From assembly GCF_963921235.1 (NCBI RefSeq), contig NC_086109.1, forward strand, positions 17,610,001 to 17,674,000: a stretch of DNA of 64,000 nucleotides, in the 5' to 3' direction. The notes under the pieces were generated by a model. It was not told the DNA's origin. It ran no database searches and worked only from the letters and a program-made list of their open reading frames with translations. Below are positions 13,776-27,245 of this stretch, piece after piece. How positions within the stretch are numbered: position 1 is the first letter of the stretch; each line of letters begins with the position of its first letter. Source of the DNA: Mobula hypostoma (taxonomy: Eukaryota). The position numbers were made by a program, and so were the translations under genes.

Positions 13776-15984
13776 CCCACAGCATTTAGGGGAAGAGGCA
13801 TCCTTAAACCCTAAACAATAACCCACCCCCTTTTTGGGTATAGAGCGCCGTTATTTCATTGTTACTGGGCAATATACTGTATGGCGATGTTTTGTGGGCA
13901 TCTCACAAAACTATGAGATATACTTTTGAGCTACTATCACTGCAATCTCCAGCCTGTAATTTCCCTTTCATAAACGTACTTTTCAACTGCCAAAACAACT
14001 TTACCATCTTCATTTTTTTTTTGTATTTGCAGAGTTTGTCTTCTTTTGCACATTTGCTGTTTGTCAGTCTGTGCGTTTAGTTTTTCACTGATTCTATCGT
14101 ATTTCTTTGCTCTACTGTGAATGCCTGCAAGAAAATGAATCTTGGGGTAGTATATAGTGGCATACACATGCTTTGAGAATAAATTTACTTTGAACTTGAT
14201 CTGGCACACCCTGTCTGAAAGCACTGTGGGACTACATGAACCCAGTAGTTTACCCACTTTCTTAAGGGTCATTCAGGAGAGATAATGGAAGTTAGGCTCA
14301 CTGGAAAAAGACACACATTTAGAATAATTGAAAAAAAATAGTAGTAGTTGGTTTCCTTACACCTTTGTTGCCCTAGGCACTGTTCCTCTCAATTTATTAT
14401 TTAGTACAATCCACCTTACCTAGTATTCATGCAGGAGCAACAACAAGCTGTCTTGGTCTTTCCAAATTGGGGTCAATGCTAACTAAGGCAATGAAAAGAA
14501 AACTCTACCATTACACACAATATCCAAATATTTCTGTGTGATAAAGCTTGATTGAAATTGTTATTTTTGTTCCCTCCACAAATCGACAGTTTACTCTTCA
14601 TAAACTGGGATGTCACACTAATCGGCACCAAAGCACTAGCAACCTTGTGTTTGATGATATACAATGGCTCCCAAAAAGCCCAAATTTCAAATCTATCCCT
14701 GGCTTTTTCCCTCCACTGCTCTGTAATCAGCTTTATATGGTCCTTCAAGCCGTTTGTGCGCCTCCTTTTCCGCCATCGTGCTGATCCTCGGTTTGATCCG
14801 CTCCAACATTAACAGCCTCTGAGATCTTGCTCTCTCACACCCTATGTACACAGTGTCTAGAACCACCAATAGACAACCCCTTAGGAGAACATCACACCCT
14901 ACTGATTCTACAGCTTCAAAGCTGAGCACCTCTACAATTATTCATGTGGCCTGCTATCCAGTTCTGTCTCAGGATGTTTTATTGCATTAAAGGCACTTCA
15001 TGAAAAAAAATGTTATCAGCTCCAGTTTTAGGATCCGGTTCATTTAAGTGCACTTTATCTTTTACCTGCACTGCACTTTTACACTTTATTCTGCATTGTT
15101 ATTGCTTTAACTTACTCTATCGCAACGCACCCTTTCAGGTTTTGGTCAGTATGAACAGTACGCAAGGGAACCTTTTCACTGCATCTTGGTGCGTGTGACA
15201 CTAATAACCCAAAACCAAATAGCAAAGGCCTAATTCTGCAGGATTTTTCCTAATGCTTTCAATGGTCAGTGGGTGCAAGTTCACTGCTACATGACACAAT
15301 AGCTAGATTCCAATCCACACGTCACTCTGTCGTTCCATTCCCCTGAAAGCATTCAATTAGATGAATGACGGGGCAGGGTCTGCCCTTCCCAGGGAATGCA
15401 ATCCCATCAAGATGCAACAGGCAGAAGTTTTAATTTGTAGCATTCTCCAGGGTGCTGGACAGATAAGCAAATCGATATCAATGTTCTTTCTCAGGCCAAC
15501 ATCTTGGCACTGAGGCCCCCCAATATATATAAAAAAATCAAGCAACTCTGTTGGGCAGATCACTGTCTGAAAACTGATTCTCGAAACACTACTCTGAGAA
15601 TTGGTGATAGGAAGCGATTACCAGGCAGACAAAGGAAACAATTCAAGGAGGGCTGCTAAGCCTCTGAAAATAAAATGCAAGATTCCACCCCCCACCCCCT
15701 TCCCGGCCACACTCCCCACAGAATAAGCAGCCCACGATCACTCAAAGTGAAGAAGTAAAGGAATTTGGGATTGTATTAAGAATTTCAAGACCATGCATCA
15801 GAAACACACAGAAGCCCCGTGTAAATGGTGGATAGAGCACCATCTTCCAAATTACACACCCACCCGTCAGGCACTCCCAGCCCCATCTCCCATAGCTTGA
15901 GAGCCCAAATACTGGATGTGTCACTCATCTCAGAGCGACAAAACAATAAGTCTTCTCCACTTTCAAAGAACAACCCAAAAAGAA

Positions 15985-16340
15985 ACATAGAACAAGTAAC
16001 ATCTACAGCACAGGTCCTTCAGCTGACAATATTGTGCCAAGCTTATAACTACCTCTAAAATCAATCTAACCCATTCCTCCCACATAGCCCTCCATTTTTC
16101 TATTATCCATGTGCCTAGCCAAGAGTCCCTTAAATATCTCTAATGTGCCTCTACAACCACCCCACCTGCACGTTCTACACATCCACCACTCTGTTAAAAA
16201 AACCTACCCCTGACATCCCCCTACACTTTCCTCAAATCACATTAAAATTATGCCCCCCATATAATCTAATTCTGCCTTGGGGAAAACGTCTCTGACTAGC
16301 CACTTGATTTATGCTTCTTGTCATTTTGTACACCCTGATC
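15985..16340 (-). mobile_element. CR1 LINE 3' tail
   Basis: Homologous to the CR1 3' ends at 55905-56300 and 35060-35360. Confidence 0.6.
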
Positions 16341-16914
16341 ACTACAATCAGTTCAGTAAAGTGACAACACAATTAATACAAACTAGCCAGGGATTCATTG
16401 ATTTCAGTTTCGTTGGGCTGCTCCCCCAGATCCAAGCCTCTCTGGCACGTGGATAAGACGTCCTTTGAGATTACCATGGCCCTTGAAAAGAATCTGGCAT
16501 CACTGTGGTCAAACAGCTCACTCGGTCGTACATCCCGGACTCAAGAGAGTTGGGAGAATGACCAAGCACATGATTCACGGGCAAGTGGCCAGTCACATGA
16601 TATGGTCTCAGGAGTGAGCCAGCATGCTGGAGGATGGGAAGGCTTTTATACTCCAGTCCTTTCTAAATGAATGCTATCTTTGCATTTGCCTTCTCTGCCA
16701 CCGACTTAACCTGCAAGTTAACCTTTAGGGAATCCTGCACAAGGATTTCCAAGTCCCTCTGCACCTCTAATCTTTTATTATAATCCAAGGTATTTTTATA
16801 CGTTGCCCCGTACCGCTACCGCAAAACTACAAATTTCTCGACATACATCAATGATAATAAATCCGATTCTAATTCTGACTCAAGTTGCAGGCAGAAACTT
16901 TTATACAGGAAGAA

Positions 16915-17310
16915 GTTCCACTTTCAGGGAAAGTGGCATCCCTCATCAAGGACTTCACTGTCCAGGCCGTGCTCTGTGCTCTCCTCTTGCTACTGGTATC
17001 AGGAAGGAGGTACAGGAGCCCGAGGTCCCACACCACCAGGCTCAGAACAAGCTACCAGACTCCTGATGCAGAGCAGATAACTTCACTCACCTCAACACTG
17101 AGCTGATTCCACAAACTCATTTTCAAGGACTCTACCTCATGTTCTCAGTTTTATTTATTATTATTATTTTTGTCTTTGCACAGTTTGTCAGTCTTTGTCC
17201 ACGTGCAGTTTCTCATTGATTCTATTATATTTCTTTGTTCCACTGTGAATGAATCTCAGTAGCATACGGCGACTTATGCATATTTTGATAATGGATTTAA
17301 TTTGAAGTTT
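16915..17310 (+). mobile_element. Rex1/Babar-like 3' fragment
   Basis: SGRRYRSPRSHTTRLRTSY motif plus 3' UTR. Confidence 0.6.
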
Positions 17311-19454
17311 GTTTATATGCGACGGGTGCAATCCTTCAAAATGCCCTTGCCTGATATGCTCAAATCACCAAGGCAGATCTCAGTGAACTTTGCCACTTCA
17401 TCCTGGGTTCAACGGCAGCCACGAGGCAGGGACCAGTGCAGAGACCGTCCTTCTATTGGTAGCTCAGGCAAGCAGCTGTGGTCAGCCAGTGAGTGCAGCG
17501 GACCGGCATCTCCACCTGTCCATCTCCGGCCAGTGACTTGCAGAACGCTGGTTCAAAGCAAACTGAAAACCCAGCCGCTTTACCATCTGTGCATCGTTCT
17601 GTTTCATTAAAATCCCTGCAGCTATCCGAATTAATCCTAAACTTGGCCATTATCTGAGCCAAACACAGCGTCTAGTAGATATTCTAATTTGCCCCATCCT
17701 AGTTACATTTCAACAAGTGGTATTAAAAAAAGTCCAAAGTAAATTTATTATTAAAATACACCCAAGTCGCCATATGCTACCCTGAGATTCATTCTCTTGC
17801 AGGCATTCATGGTAAAACAAAGAAACACAATACAAATACAATGAAAACCTGCACACAAAGACTGACAACTTGGACGCTTCAATGAAGGAAAATTGAACTA
17901 TAGACGCAGTCTGCCTATGGCTTCACACTGTGGGGTGGGGGGGGGGGAAGGCTGTTTACAGGCTGTCCATGAGAATGATCAGGTTGTTTTTACAGATGGC
18001 CACAAGTTGTTAAGCAAGAAAACACCCCCCCCCCCAATATGGTAACTGATTAGGAAGATTTACTAAAAGTGGAGACTGGAAACTAGTTCTACTGACCATA
18101 GAAACAAATATATCAAACTTCTGAACTTAATCAGCATGAGAATCAGATGCAATATCGCCGGCATATGTCATGAAATTTGTTAACTTTGTGGTAGCAGTAC
18201 AATGCAATACATAGTAATAGGAAAAAAGTGAATTAAAGCGTTAAACACGACAGGAAGAAGGCAAGAGAATGGGGTTGAGAAGGATGATAAATCTGCCAAA
18301 TGACCTTCTGCTCCTGTGTTATGGAGTTTGTTGGTACTCAGGGATGTCCATTTGTTGGGTGTTCATAACCTGGCGACAGCAGACAAGTCAAGTTAGCCAC
18401 ACTGCAAAGGGAACAGCAGACGGTCATTCCAATTTTCAAGCCCATTCAATACACCTGCCTCTAAACATTAGTTTTGAACGGGTTTATAAACATTATCAGA
18501 ACCTATGGGGGAGGGGGAAAAAAGAGGTGGAGACATTGTTAGATTTTATGGTTTGGAAAACTTTGAAAAGACTCCCAAAATTTCCAAATGGTCAGGCGCG
18601 CTCTACTGAGAAGTAGAGCGCGGCAGTTCTGATAGAAGGTCATTGACCTGAAATGGTAATTTCGTCTCCCTCTCTACAGATGCTTAATATTGCCACTGTT
18701 TCATTTCAGTTTTCCAACACCTGCGGTATTTTGTGGTTTTGTATTGGAGAATTCAAACTGGGTGTTACCGGCAGCCTGCATGATCTTTTTAACTAGTTGT
18801 GTGAAACGGGAACTCGTACAAGGCAAGGAAAGTCAAAACAGTTTTCATAACCAAGTCCCGCGGAACAAAATCGACAACTTGCAGCCACCGTAACCATCCG
18901 GCTCTGCTTCAGAACCGGCAGGACAGCGGGATTCGGTTCCCAGACTTTCGGGAAAACGTGCAGGAAATCACCGATTAATATTTCATTGGTGCAGACAACA
19001 GAGCACCGGGTGACAAACAGTGCCACGGATATCTGCTGCCTCTGGAAATTTAAACAGGGTAAAATTATGCCTTGGCATCATTTAAACAAAATATATTCAG
19101 GCAGATGGACAGTTCTGTCGTCTGACCGATATTAAATGTTTTAATTATTAACTGGATCTGTTATAATCCATTTCAACGTGCATTATATAATCCTCAAACC
19201 ATAACTTGAGGAAATATATATGGATGTATATAATATTTTCTTCAAACCATAACAAGGTGAGGAAAATTACACAGTATAATATAAACGATAACATGCTTTA
19301 TTGTATAATATAGAACATATACACGCAGAAAATATATTCTGTAATATTTTGGAAAATTGCATTAGAAAATCTATGATCATATTACAATAAAACACAGCCT
19401 TTTACAAACAGGAGGAATTCGGAGATTATTGTGTATGAAGCTGTTTAAAAAACA

Positions 19455-19555
19455 AAACCACACACTCAAAAATGCTGGAGAAACTCAGGTCAGGCAGCAT
19501 CTATAGAAATTAATAAACAGTGGACGTTTCGGGCCGAGACCCATCATCAGGACGG
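19455..19555 (-). mobile_element. Penelope-derived repeat with minimal hammerhead core
   Basis: Minus strand reads ccgtc-CTGATGA-tGGGTctcgGCCC-GAAAC-GTC-cactg (19555-19518). Confidence 0.7.
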
Positions 19556-21000
19556 TACAGCATCTCGGCCTCGGAATTATGGTCTAACCGTTTAGAAAGA
19601 GCATCGATCCCAAATCTGTTAGACGCGGGTTGGGATGGCGAGCAGAACCGCTGATGAGGCAGGTTGGAAGAGGCCCCGATCTCCGGGATCCGGGTGTAAA
19701 TGAAGCGAGTCATTAAATTTAAAGGCGCCGTACTCCAGGGAAATTAACAGCGAGTCAGTTTCATTGAAGTTGACGGGAACGCTCAGGAGAGATGCCGTCA
19801 GCATCTCTCTCCCCACCCAGTCTTTGTGCTGCAAATTTCCCCAGCGGGTGGAAAAACTTGATGCTAACATGCAAACAGATTTAAATAACATAATTCGTTT
19901 TATTTAAAATATAGAATGAATTGCAGAAATGCTCACCACTCGGCCGGATCTGTCAACTGCTTTCTTCACTTTGCCGTAAGTGCCTTTGCCCAAGGTTTCG
20001 CGGAATTCGTAGCGGTGTTTCAGGTTGTGCTTGTGATGGTGCCGCTTCACCGCCTGCCGCTTCAACTCGGGCGTCTGCGCCGAAGAGCGGGCGCCCGCCG
20101 GCTGATGGTGATCCCGGCCGCCGCTTACGGACGGGGGGCAGGCGGCACCCAGACAGGGAGAGGCTGGATCCATGCGGGGGGAGAAGGAAGGAGATCCGAA
20201 GGGGAGACAGGGTGGAAATAAAAGTGCCGGAGACACTGAGTGGGGGAAGGAGGAAGAGAGAGAAGCAGCGTTGAGTCCAGACGGTCAGAGTTTGGCGGTG
20301 AAACGATACATATTTTGAACGCTGCTACTGTTCCTGCATTATGCAGGTAACAGGGACACTAATGTATCCTCTCACCAACACACTTGCAACACTCCAGCCC
20401 GTGGTCGCGTGTGAACCCTTCAGCAGACGCCTAATTAGCCTATCCCCTCCCCTTGCAACGCCCAGGCCAATAGCCCAGCCTCAGTGCGTCGTCAATCATT
20501 CACCGGGTCTTCCTTTAAAAAACTGTATTATCAATATTAAAAATAACGTACGTCCCATTAATCCCTTCCCTTCCCTCGCCGCTCGCTTTGCTGCTATGCA
20601 GGGTCCCGACACTCCGTGTGTCGAGGCACTTTCTAATCTCTTGCTATTCGGCCACAAGAGGCATCATCGTCACAGATAATAGGCACGGGAGCCTATGCAG
20701 TGCGGGATGATGCAGCTGGTCAATGAATTGTAATGAGAATACAGGTATTTTACACCCCAAATCTCTCCATCTTCTCACACACCCTTCGCCCGGAGATTTT
20801 CAGGCAATCCCGGGTGAAATCCGTTACCGCGACTCGGAACGGGGTACGCGCCGGCACTGCGGGCTCACCGGGAGGTAGGGCGAATAAAATAATCAGATAG
20901 TGCAAATCGCTCCAGGCTTCCAGTCGGTGACCTTTATCGAACAGAAGGTGCTCGGAGGTTGAGTCAGAATTCTGAAAATCCCAAATAAGAATAGAATTCG
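19520..21000 (-). promoter_or_regulatory. CpG island / NUAK2 promoter region
   Basis: Marked local CpG and GC enrichment spanning exon 1, compared with CpG-poor flanks. CCAAT at ~20466, CRE half-site CGTCA at ~20490, AP-1 TGAGTCA at ~20960. Confidence 0.7.
19937..20173 (-). CDS. NUAK2: NUAK family SNF1-like kinase 2, coding exon 1 (79 codons, phase-0 donor)
   Basis: ATG at 20173 gives MDPASP...[42 protein letters not shown], followed by the donor GTGAGC (plus strand gctcac 19931-19936). It carries the NUAK-specific KRHHHKHNL motif and the GxGxYG loop. QAVKR, YEF and KVKKA fit NUAK2 better than NUAK1 (HGVKR, YEL, KVKRATERF). The exon ends just before the expected VAIK motif. Confidence 0.9.
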
Positions 21001-21589
21001 TAGGCGAGAGATAGATAAACTGTTGAGTTTACCTCAGAACTGACATCAACCTTTCCCTCCAAAAAGTCACCTGATTACTTGCCCGGCTGGTTTGACATTA
21101 TTCTACCGGTGATTTGTACAGGATTAAAAAAAACTAAAAGTGAAACCCGACGTCATCAGAATGTGTTTACAAAACTATAAGTCTTTAGGATGAATGAGCA
21201 ATTCCTGGAACTAACTAGCACCCAGCTGGCATGAAAGAGCAGCAAGTCCTGTGCTGAACGAACGCATGCCTCAGAGATGAAGCCTCTTTCTGTGGAATAG
21301 CAGTTGGTATTTAGAGCCAAGATCCTGATCTTGTGTATTTTAAGTAGCTTTATTTATATGTTCATTTTATCTTTTGCATGTTTTATGTATGTGTTCTATG
21401 TTTATTGCGGTCTTTATATTACTGTTTTTATTTGTGCTGCATTAGATCCAGAGTAACAATTATTTCGTTCTCCAATACCACAAAACAATCCTTGATTCAA
21501 ATATATCCAGCATCTTCCTCACCCATTCCATTTGTTACACAAACTACCAGGATTACCTCAAGGCTCACTTGCAGGCTGAGACTGTAGTA

Positions 21590-22070
21590 AAGAAGGCAAA
21601 CGCAACGTTGGCATTCATCTCCGGAGGACAAGAAAATAAAAGCAATTAGGCACCCCTGAGGTTTTATAAGGCATTGGTCAGACCAAAATTGGAATACTGC
21701 CTGCAATTTTTGGCCCTGTATCAAAAGAAAGGTATGCTGGCCCTGGAGAGGGTCTAGAAAAAGGTTGAAGAGAATGATCCCAGGAATAAAAGGATTAACA
21801 TATGAGGAGAGTTTGATATTTCTGGACCTGATGCAGTTCAGAAAGTCAAGGAGGATTTTATCTACCGGACACTGAAAGGCTTGGATAGAGTGGACATGGA
21901 GAGAATGTCTCCAGTAGTAGGAGAGTCTAGGATTGACAGGTTCTTGGTTGGTAAAATGGGTTTAGGGTTAGGGGAGAAGACAGGAAACTGGGGTAAAAAA
22001 GAAATCAACCATGACCTAATAGCAGAGCAGACTTGATGGGCTGAATGGCCTAATATCTTTTATCTTATAT
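21590..22070 (+). mobile_element. CR1 LINE 3' fragment
   Basis: Homologous to 2705-3330 and 36010-36530. Confidence 0.65.
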
Positions 22071-22699
22071 CTTGTGGTCATATGGTCTTCACCCCACTGA
22101 AATCAGAAACGTTATCAGTGAGAAATCCATTGATTTACTGTTGAAATTATTCCCACCCTTTCTCCACTTAGGAAGATGTGGGGAGAATATTCTACAGATG
22201 CCCGGTGGCATAAAGTTCTTCATTTTTCATCTTTGGCAATGTGTGGTTATTCCATTCTAAATGACAATCTAAATTAATGTAGATCTTTTACCTGGGAGAA
22301 CAGTATAACCAGGAGACAGGGACAATTTTCCTTCGCCCCACTTCTCCAGACAAAAAGAAAAACCAGGGCCAATTGCAGTGCTAATATTCCAGACGGTGCC
22401 AGTGCAATATTAGACTGCCCACAAGGGGGAGCAGAATTCCATGTGCACTCCCATTGATAGTCGTCAATAATATAGGCACTCAACCCAGAAATAATGAGCC
22501 TCGCAAGCTACAAAAACACATATTTCTTCAGTAAAGATTCATCATGAGCAACATCTGGCTGATTAGAAAACATTAGTTAGTATTACTTAGAAAATCTTAA
22601 AAGTTCTGAGTTTGCTGTACTTGCTGGCATTTAGAGCGTACAAACACACCTGCTTCTTCTCATTAATGCTCTCTTGAGACTGGGGATGACTTGCTTCTC

Positions 22700-23222
22700 C
22701 ACACAGGAGGTTTTTGCAGATGCTGGAGATCTTGAGCAACACGGAGGAACTCTGCAGGTCAGGCAGGATCTGTGAGGGAGAATAAGCAGTACCAGTTTCG
22801 GGCTGAGACCCCCCCCCATCAGGGCTGGGAGGGAAGGAGGGGGAAGCCAGAATAAGAAGGTAGGGGAGGGGAAGTAGTGCAAGCTGGCAAGTGATAAGCG
22901 AAGCTAGGGGAAGTGGAAGGTGGGTGGGTGGGGGTGGTGGATGAAGTGAGAAGCTTGGTAGGTAGAATAGTTAAATGGCTGAAGAGGGAATCTGATAGGA
23001 GAGGACAGTGGGGCATGGAAGAAAGGGAAGGAGAAAGGGCACCTGGGGGAAGTGAGGAGAAGGGAAGGGGAAAGAGGGTAACCAGAATGGGGAAAGGAAA
23101 AGCAGATAAGGGGAAGGGGGAGAAATTACCTGAAGCTAGAGGAATCGATGTTCATGCTGTCAGGTTGGAGGCTTCCCAGCCAGGATAAGAAGCGTCGTTC
23201 CTTCAACCTGAGAGTGGCCCAA
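22700..23222 (-). mobile_element. Penelope-like element 3' end (end of GIY-YIG-containing ORF plus terminal repeat)
   Basis: Minus strand translates ATLRLKERRFLSWLGSLQPDSMNIDSSSFR*, resembling the PLE C-terminus. A pyrimidine-rich tract and the terminal repeat follow. Confidence 0.65.
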
Positions 23223-24295
23223 GGTTAGTGAAGAGTAGTGAATACTCACTCCCCATCACTATCCAGTTGGAGCAGTCATGCCCAGGTCTTGAGCAAGGAT
23301 AGGACTGGGCACTCATTGTGCCACCCAGCCTGGATGAAAAGCTGTATTGTGGCACTGCACTGAATTGCAAAAGGCACATGGAACCATGTCCTTGCACATC
23401 AGCAGAGGGCGAGGGACTGAAGAGTGAGACAGCACTTCCGCAGTTGTTTAGTTTAACAGATTAGTACTTTCTTTCTCACCGAAAAATCAACTTGCATTTG
23501 TTTCCCTAAGAAACTGGTTTAGTCTAAATATGGGCAGAGCAGTTTCCATCGGGTGACCCTGGGAAGGGTCTGTATGAATTCCATGGCTGCAGTGACATCA
23601 GGAACTCAGCATTGTTTTATTTTTCCTGAATCTGTTTGACTGACATGGTGTCTGCGATTAATCACCAGTGACATAACCATAGAAAAACAATGAGTTCCTA
23701 ATCAAAACCAGAAAAGTCCCCCACTGGAATTCCTACACCAGGAAGGCATGTCTTTTGTGCTACTATACTGTACAATACACACATCATGTTATACTCTTGT
23801 AGGGCCATTCACACTGCCTTCTCCAGTGCTGATGCCCCTGTGTACCACTGTGTCAGCGTGTTCTGGCCGACAGCATTCCAAACCTCTCACCACTACCATC
23901 GGGCAAGACGTACAGGGGCCTTGGGTCACACACCGCCAGGTTCAGAGACTCTTATTACCCTACAACCATCGACGTGGATAACTTCATTCACCTCATATGC
24001 TGAACTAACTCCACAACCTATAGACTCACTTTCAAGGACCCTCCAGCTCATTTTCTCAGCATTAGTTATTTACTCTTCTAAAATTATTTGCATGATTTGA
24101 CTGCTTTTGCACATTGGTTGTTTGTCAGTTTTTGTTGATGAAAAAGTTTTTCATAAATTCTATTTCTTTATTCTCCTGTAAGAAAATGATTCTCAAGCTA
24201 GATATGGTGGTACAGAAGTACTTTGATAATAACTGTACTTTGAACCTTTGAACTTTGAAACTGTGGTCTTCAGAAGGAGCTAAGGACTCTTAGAG

Positions 24296-24376
24296 CAGGG
24301 GTTCCCAACCTTTTTTTATGCCATGGACCTATACCATTAAGCAAGGGATCCATGGACCTCGGGTTGGAAACTGCTG
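24296..24376 (+). mobile_element. 81-bp hAT MITE
   Basis: TIRs CAGGGGTTCCCAACC / GGTTGGAAACTGCTG; 8-bp TSD tcttagag / tcttggag. Confidence 0.75.
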
Positions 24377-26024
24377 TCTTGGAGGTTTCAGCACATAATC
24401 CAAGCCCTAAACCTAACCCTAACCCTGCCTGCAGTAGTGAGGGAGGTCAGCACAGTCAGATCCCTGTAGTTTTTTTGCATAAAATGTCAAACCAGGACCT
24501 CTCAGGTGAACACTAAAGATCACATTATGGTGTTTTGGAGAAGAACAAGGAAGTTCTAGGGATGCTGGCCAGCACTCAACCCTCATGCAGCAACATTCAG
24601 TCTGAAACAAAGTCGTTGATTGTTTGTGACTTGCTGTTATATTTGACCCAGCAAAATGATTTCATCTACATACCAATGGCATGACTAAGACTACCTGTTT
24701 TCACCTTTGCAATAGCATGTATGTCTCAGCCGAACTGCTGCTGAATCATACATTCCCTTGTTTTCCACTCGAATACACTGCTGATCTAAGAGACACAAGA
24801 CACAGCAGGTGCTGGAATCTGGTGGAGCAACAAACAACCTGCTGGAGGAACTCAGCAACTCAGAAGAAACTGCTGATGTTTCAGGTTGAATGCCTGCATT
24901 GGGTCTGAGAGCTGAGAAAGGAAATGGCAAAAATAGAGAGGAAAGGGGGAGTAGTGTGACAGGGGCCGGGGGTGACTGGGGGACTGGTGGCGATGAAGGG
25001 CTTTGATCCATAAGGTGACGAACAGATTGAGGTAGGTAGGGGATGTGGAGAGGTGAAGTTGGGGCCGGGGGCATATGGATATGAGGGGAAGAAGACAAGA
25101 AAAGGAGAGAGATGTAGCAGGATGGTGGTGGGGAGGGGAAGGTGAAGATGGACGCAGCTGGAAGGGTGATGAAAAGGAACACAAAGGCTATGAGTGTTGG
25201 AGTCTATTTCCCATATCCTGTCCTCTCTAAAGCTGCCAGGATCCAAATCCTTGCAGTACACAAAACACCTTAGATGTTGGGATCTGACCCAACTCAGCAG
25301 GTCAACCGGCATCTATCAGAAGAAAGGAATTTTCAATATTTTGGGTCAAAACCTTGGTGGCAATGCAAGGGTGTGACCCAAAATGTCAGGCAATTCCTTT
25401 CCTTCCAAAAATTCTGCTCAAGCTTTTGCATGAATCTGAAGGGAATGGAGGAATATGGATGATAAACAGGAGAACATTTAGTGTCAACCAGTGTCAGGAT
25501 TGACACAAGTTTGTTGGCCAAGTGGCTTGGTATTGTCTGATGTTCTATGACACGTTGAGTTCCTTTGCTTCAGCAGATTGTTCCTTGCTGCCCATGTCTT
25601 GACTTACACAATCCTCTTTTATCAAGCTGCCTCCTGGGTAGACAACTGACCCCATTATGAAGATGCATGGTAGTATGCTGGCCAATGCAGAGCCTCATAT
25701 CTTAGTGGCCAATTCTAATAAAGGCGGGAATCAATGATTGTCTGTTGTATGCAGCCACAGTCTTTGGCCATCTGAGGCAAGGGCAGGTTGAAGATCAAAC
25801 CATCAAACCCAACACGCAGTTCATATTCTAATTCGGAGCAGTGATCCCTGTCCTCCTGCACCTGGACATCTGTAGCAGACACCTTAAAGCCCAGACAAGT
25901 ACCAGCAAGCACCGTCAATGCAAAGCCATCTTAATCTATAGAATCCTCAGAATATTGTGTTCTGTTCTGGTTGCCTCATTATAGGAAGGATGCTGAAGGT
26001 TTAGAGAGGTGCAGAGGAGGTTTA

Positions 26025-26797
26025 AAGTTCAAAGTACGTTTATTATCAAAGTACATATATGTCAACGTGTACAAACCTGACTTTCATTTTCTAGCGGGCA
26101 TACTCAATAAATACAATAACCATAATAGAATTAAGGAAAGGCCTCACCAGTGGCAACCAGTGTACAAAGGACAACAAATTGTGCAAATGCAAAAACAGAA
26201 ATAATAATAATAATAAATTATTAAATAAGCAATATATATTGAGAACATGAGATGAAGAGTCCTTGAAAATGACTCCACTGGTTCTGGGAACATTTCAATG
26301 ATGGGGCGAGTGAAGTTGAGTGAAGTTATCCCCTCCGGTTCAGGAGCCTGATGGTTGAGGGATAATAACTTCCTGAACCTGGTGGTGGGAGTCTTGTGGT
26401 TCCTGTACCTTCTTCCTGATGGCAGCAGCTAGAAGAGAGGATGTCCTGGGCAGTGGGGGTCCCTGATGACGGATGCTACTTTCCTATGACAAACCTCCAT
26501 GTAGATGTGCTCGGCGTTGGGGAGAGCTTTACCCCTGATGGACTGGGCCATGTCCAGACTTTTTGTAGGATATTCCATTCAGGGGCATTGATGTTTCCAT
26601 GCCAGGCTGTGATACAGCCAGTCAATATACTCTCCACCACACATCTATAGAAGTTAGTCAAAGTTTTAGATGTCATGCCAAATATTTGCAGATGTCTAAG
26701 GAAGTAGAGGCATATTGTGTTTTCTTCATAATTGCACTTGTGTGCTGGGTCCAGAATAGGTCCTGTGAAATGATCACACCGAGGAATTTAATGTTCC
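26025..26797 (-). mobile_element. Rex1/Babar-like LINE 3' fragment
   Basis: IKFLGVIISQDLFW and KTLTNFYRCVVESILTGCITAWHG motifs. Confidence 0.75.
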
Positions 26798-26799
26798 TG

Positions 26800-27245
26800 T
26801 GAGCGCGTGTATTATGAGGATAGATTGAGCAAGCTAGGGCTTTTCTCTTTGAAGTGAAGGAGGAGGAGAGGTGACTTGAGAGAGGTGTACAAGATGACAA
26901 GAGACATAGATCGCGTGGATAGCCAGAGACTTTTTCCCAGGACAAAAATGGCTAATACGAGGGATCATAATTTTAAGATGATTGGGAGAAACTACAAGGG
27001 GGAATTTCAGAAGTAAGATTTGTTTACACAGAAGGTAGAGGGTGCGTGGAACACCCTTCCTGGGCTGGTGGTAGAGGCGGATACATTAGGGTTATTTAAG
27101 AAACTCTTAGATAGGCACATAGATAATAGAAAAATGGAAGGTTCTGTGGAAGGGAAGGGTTAGGTTGATCTTAGTGTAAGTTAAAAGGAAGGCACAACAT
27201 TGTGGGCTGTAGGGCCTGTACTGTGCTACAGTGTTCGATGTTCTA
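26800..27245 (+). mobile_element. CR1 LINE 3' fragment
   Basis: CR1 C-terminal coding remnant and a gttcta tail. Confidence 0.7.

Larger units (their letters stand above)
1..19936 (-). other. NUAK2: NUAK2 intron 1 (partial, at least 19.9 kb)
   Basis: Follows the GT donor. No VAIKSIRKDKI-type exon 2 was found by eye or in the ORF track. Confidence 0.7.

Noticed and set aside
19904..20236. 110-aa ORF as a complete protein
   Set aside because: It starts at a non-ATG codon and reads through the GT donor into the intron. The real exon is 20173-19937.
19916..20274. Plus-strand ORFs overlapping NUAK2 exon 1
   Set aside because: These are antisense shadows in GC-rich, stop-poor sequence.
24405..24426. 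Telomere-like (CCCTAA)n, also TTAGGG units at ~37938-37962
   Set aside because: Only 2-4 imperfect units, too short to call an interstitial telomeric array.
24691..25312. Pro/Ser-rich ORFs of 110-163 aa
   Set aside because: They are translations of the purine/pyrimidine-biased tract of a Penelope-type repeat.
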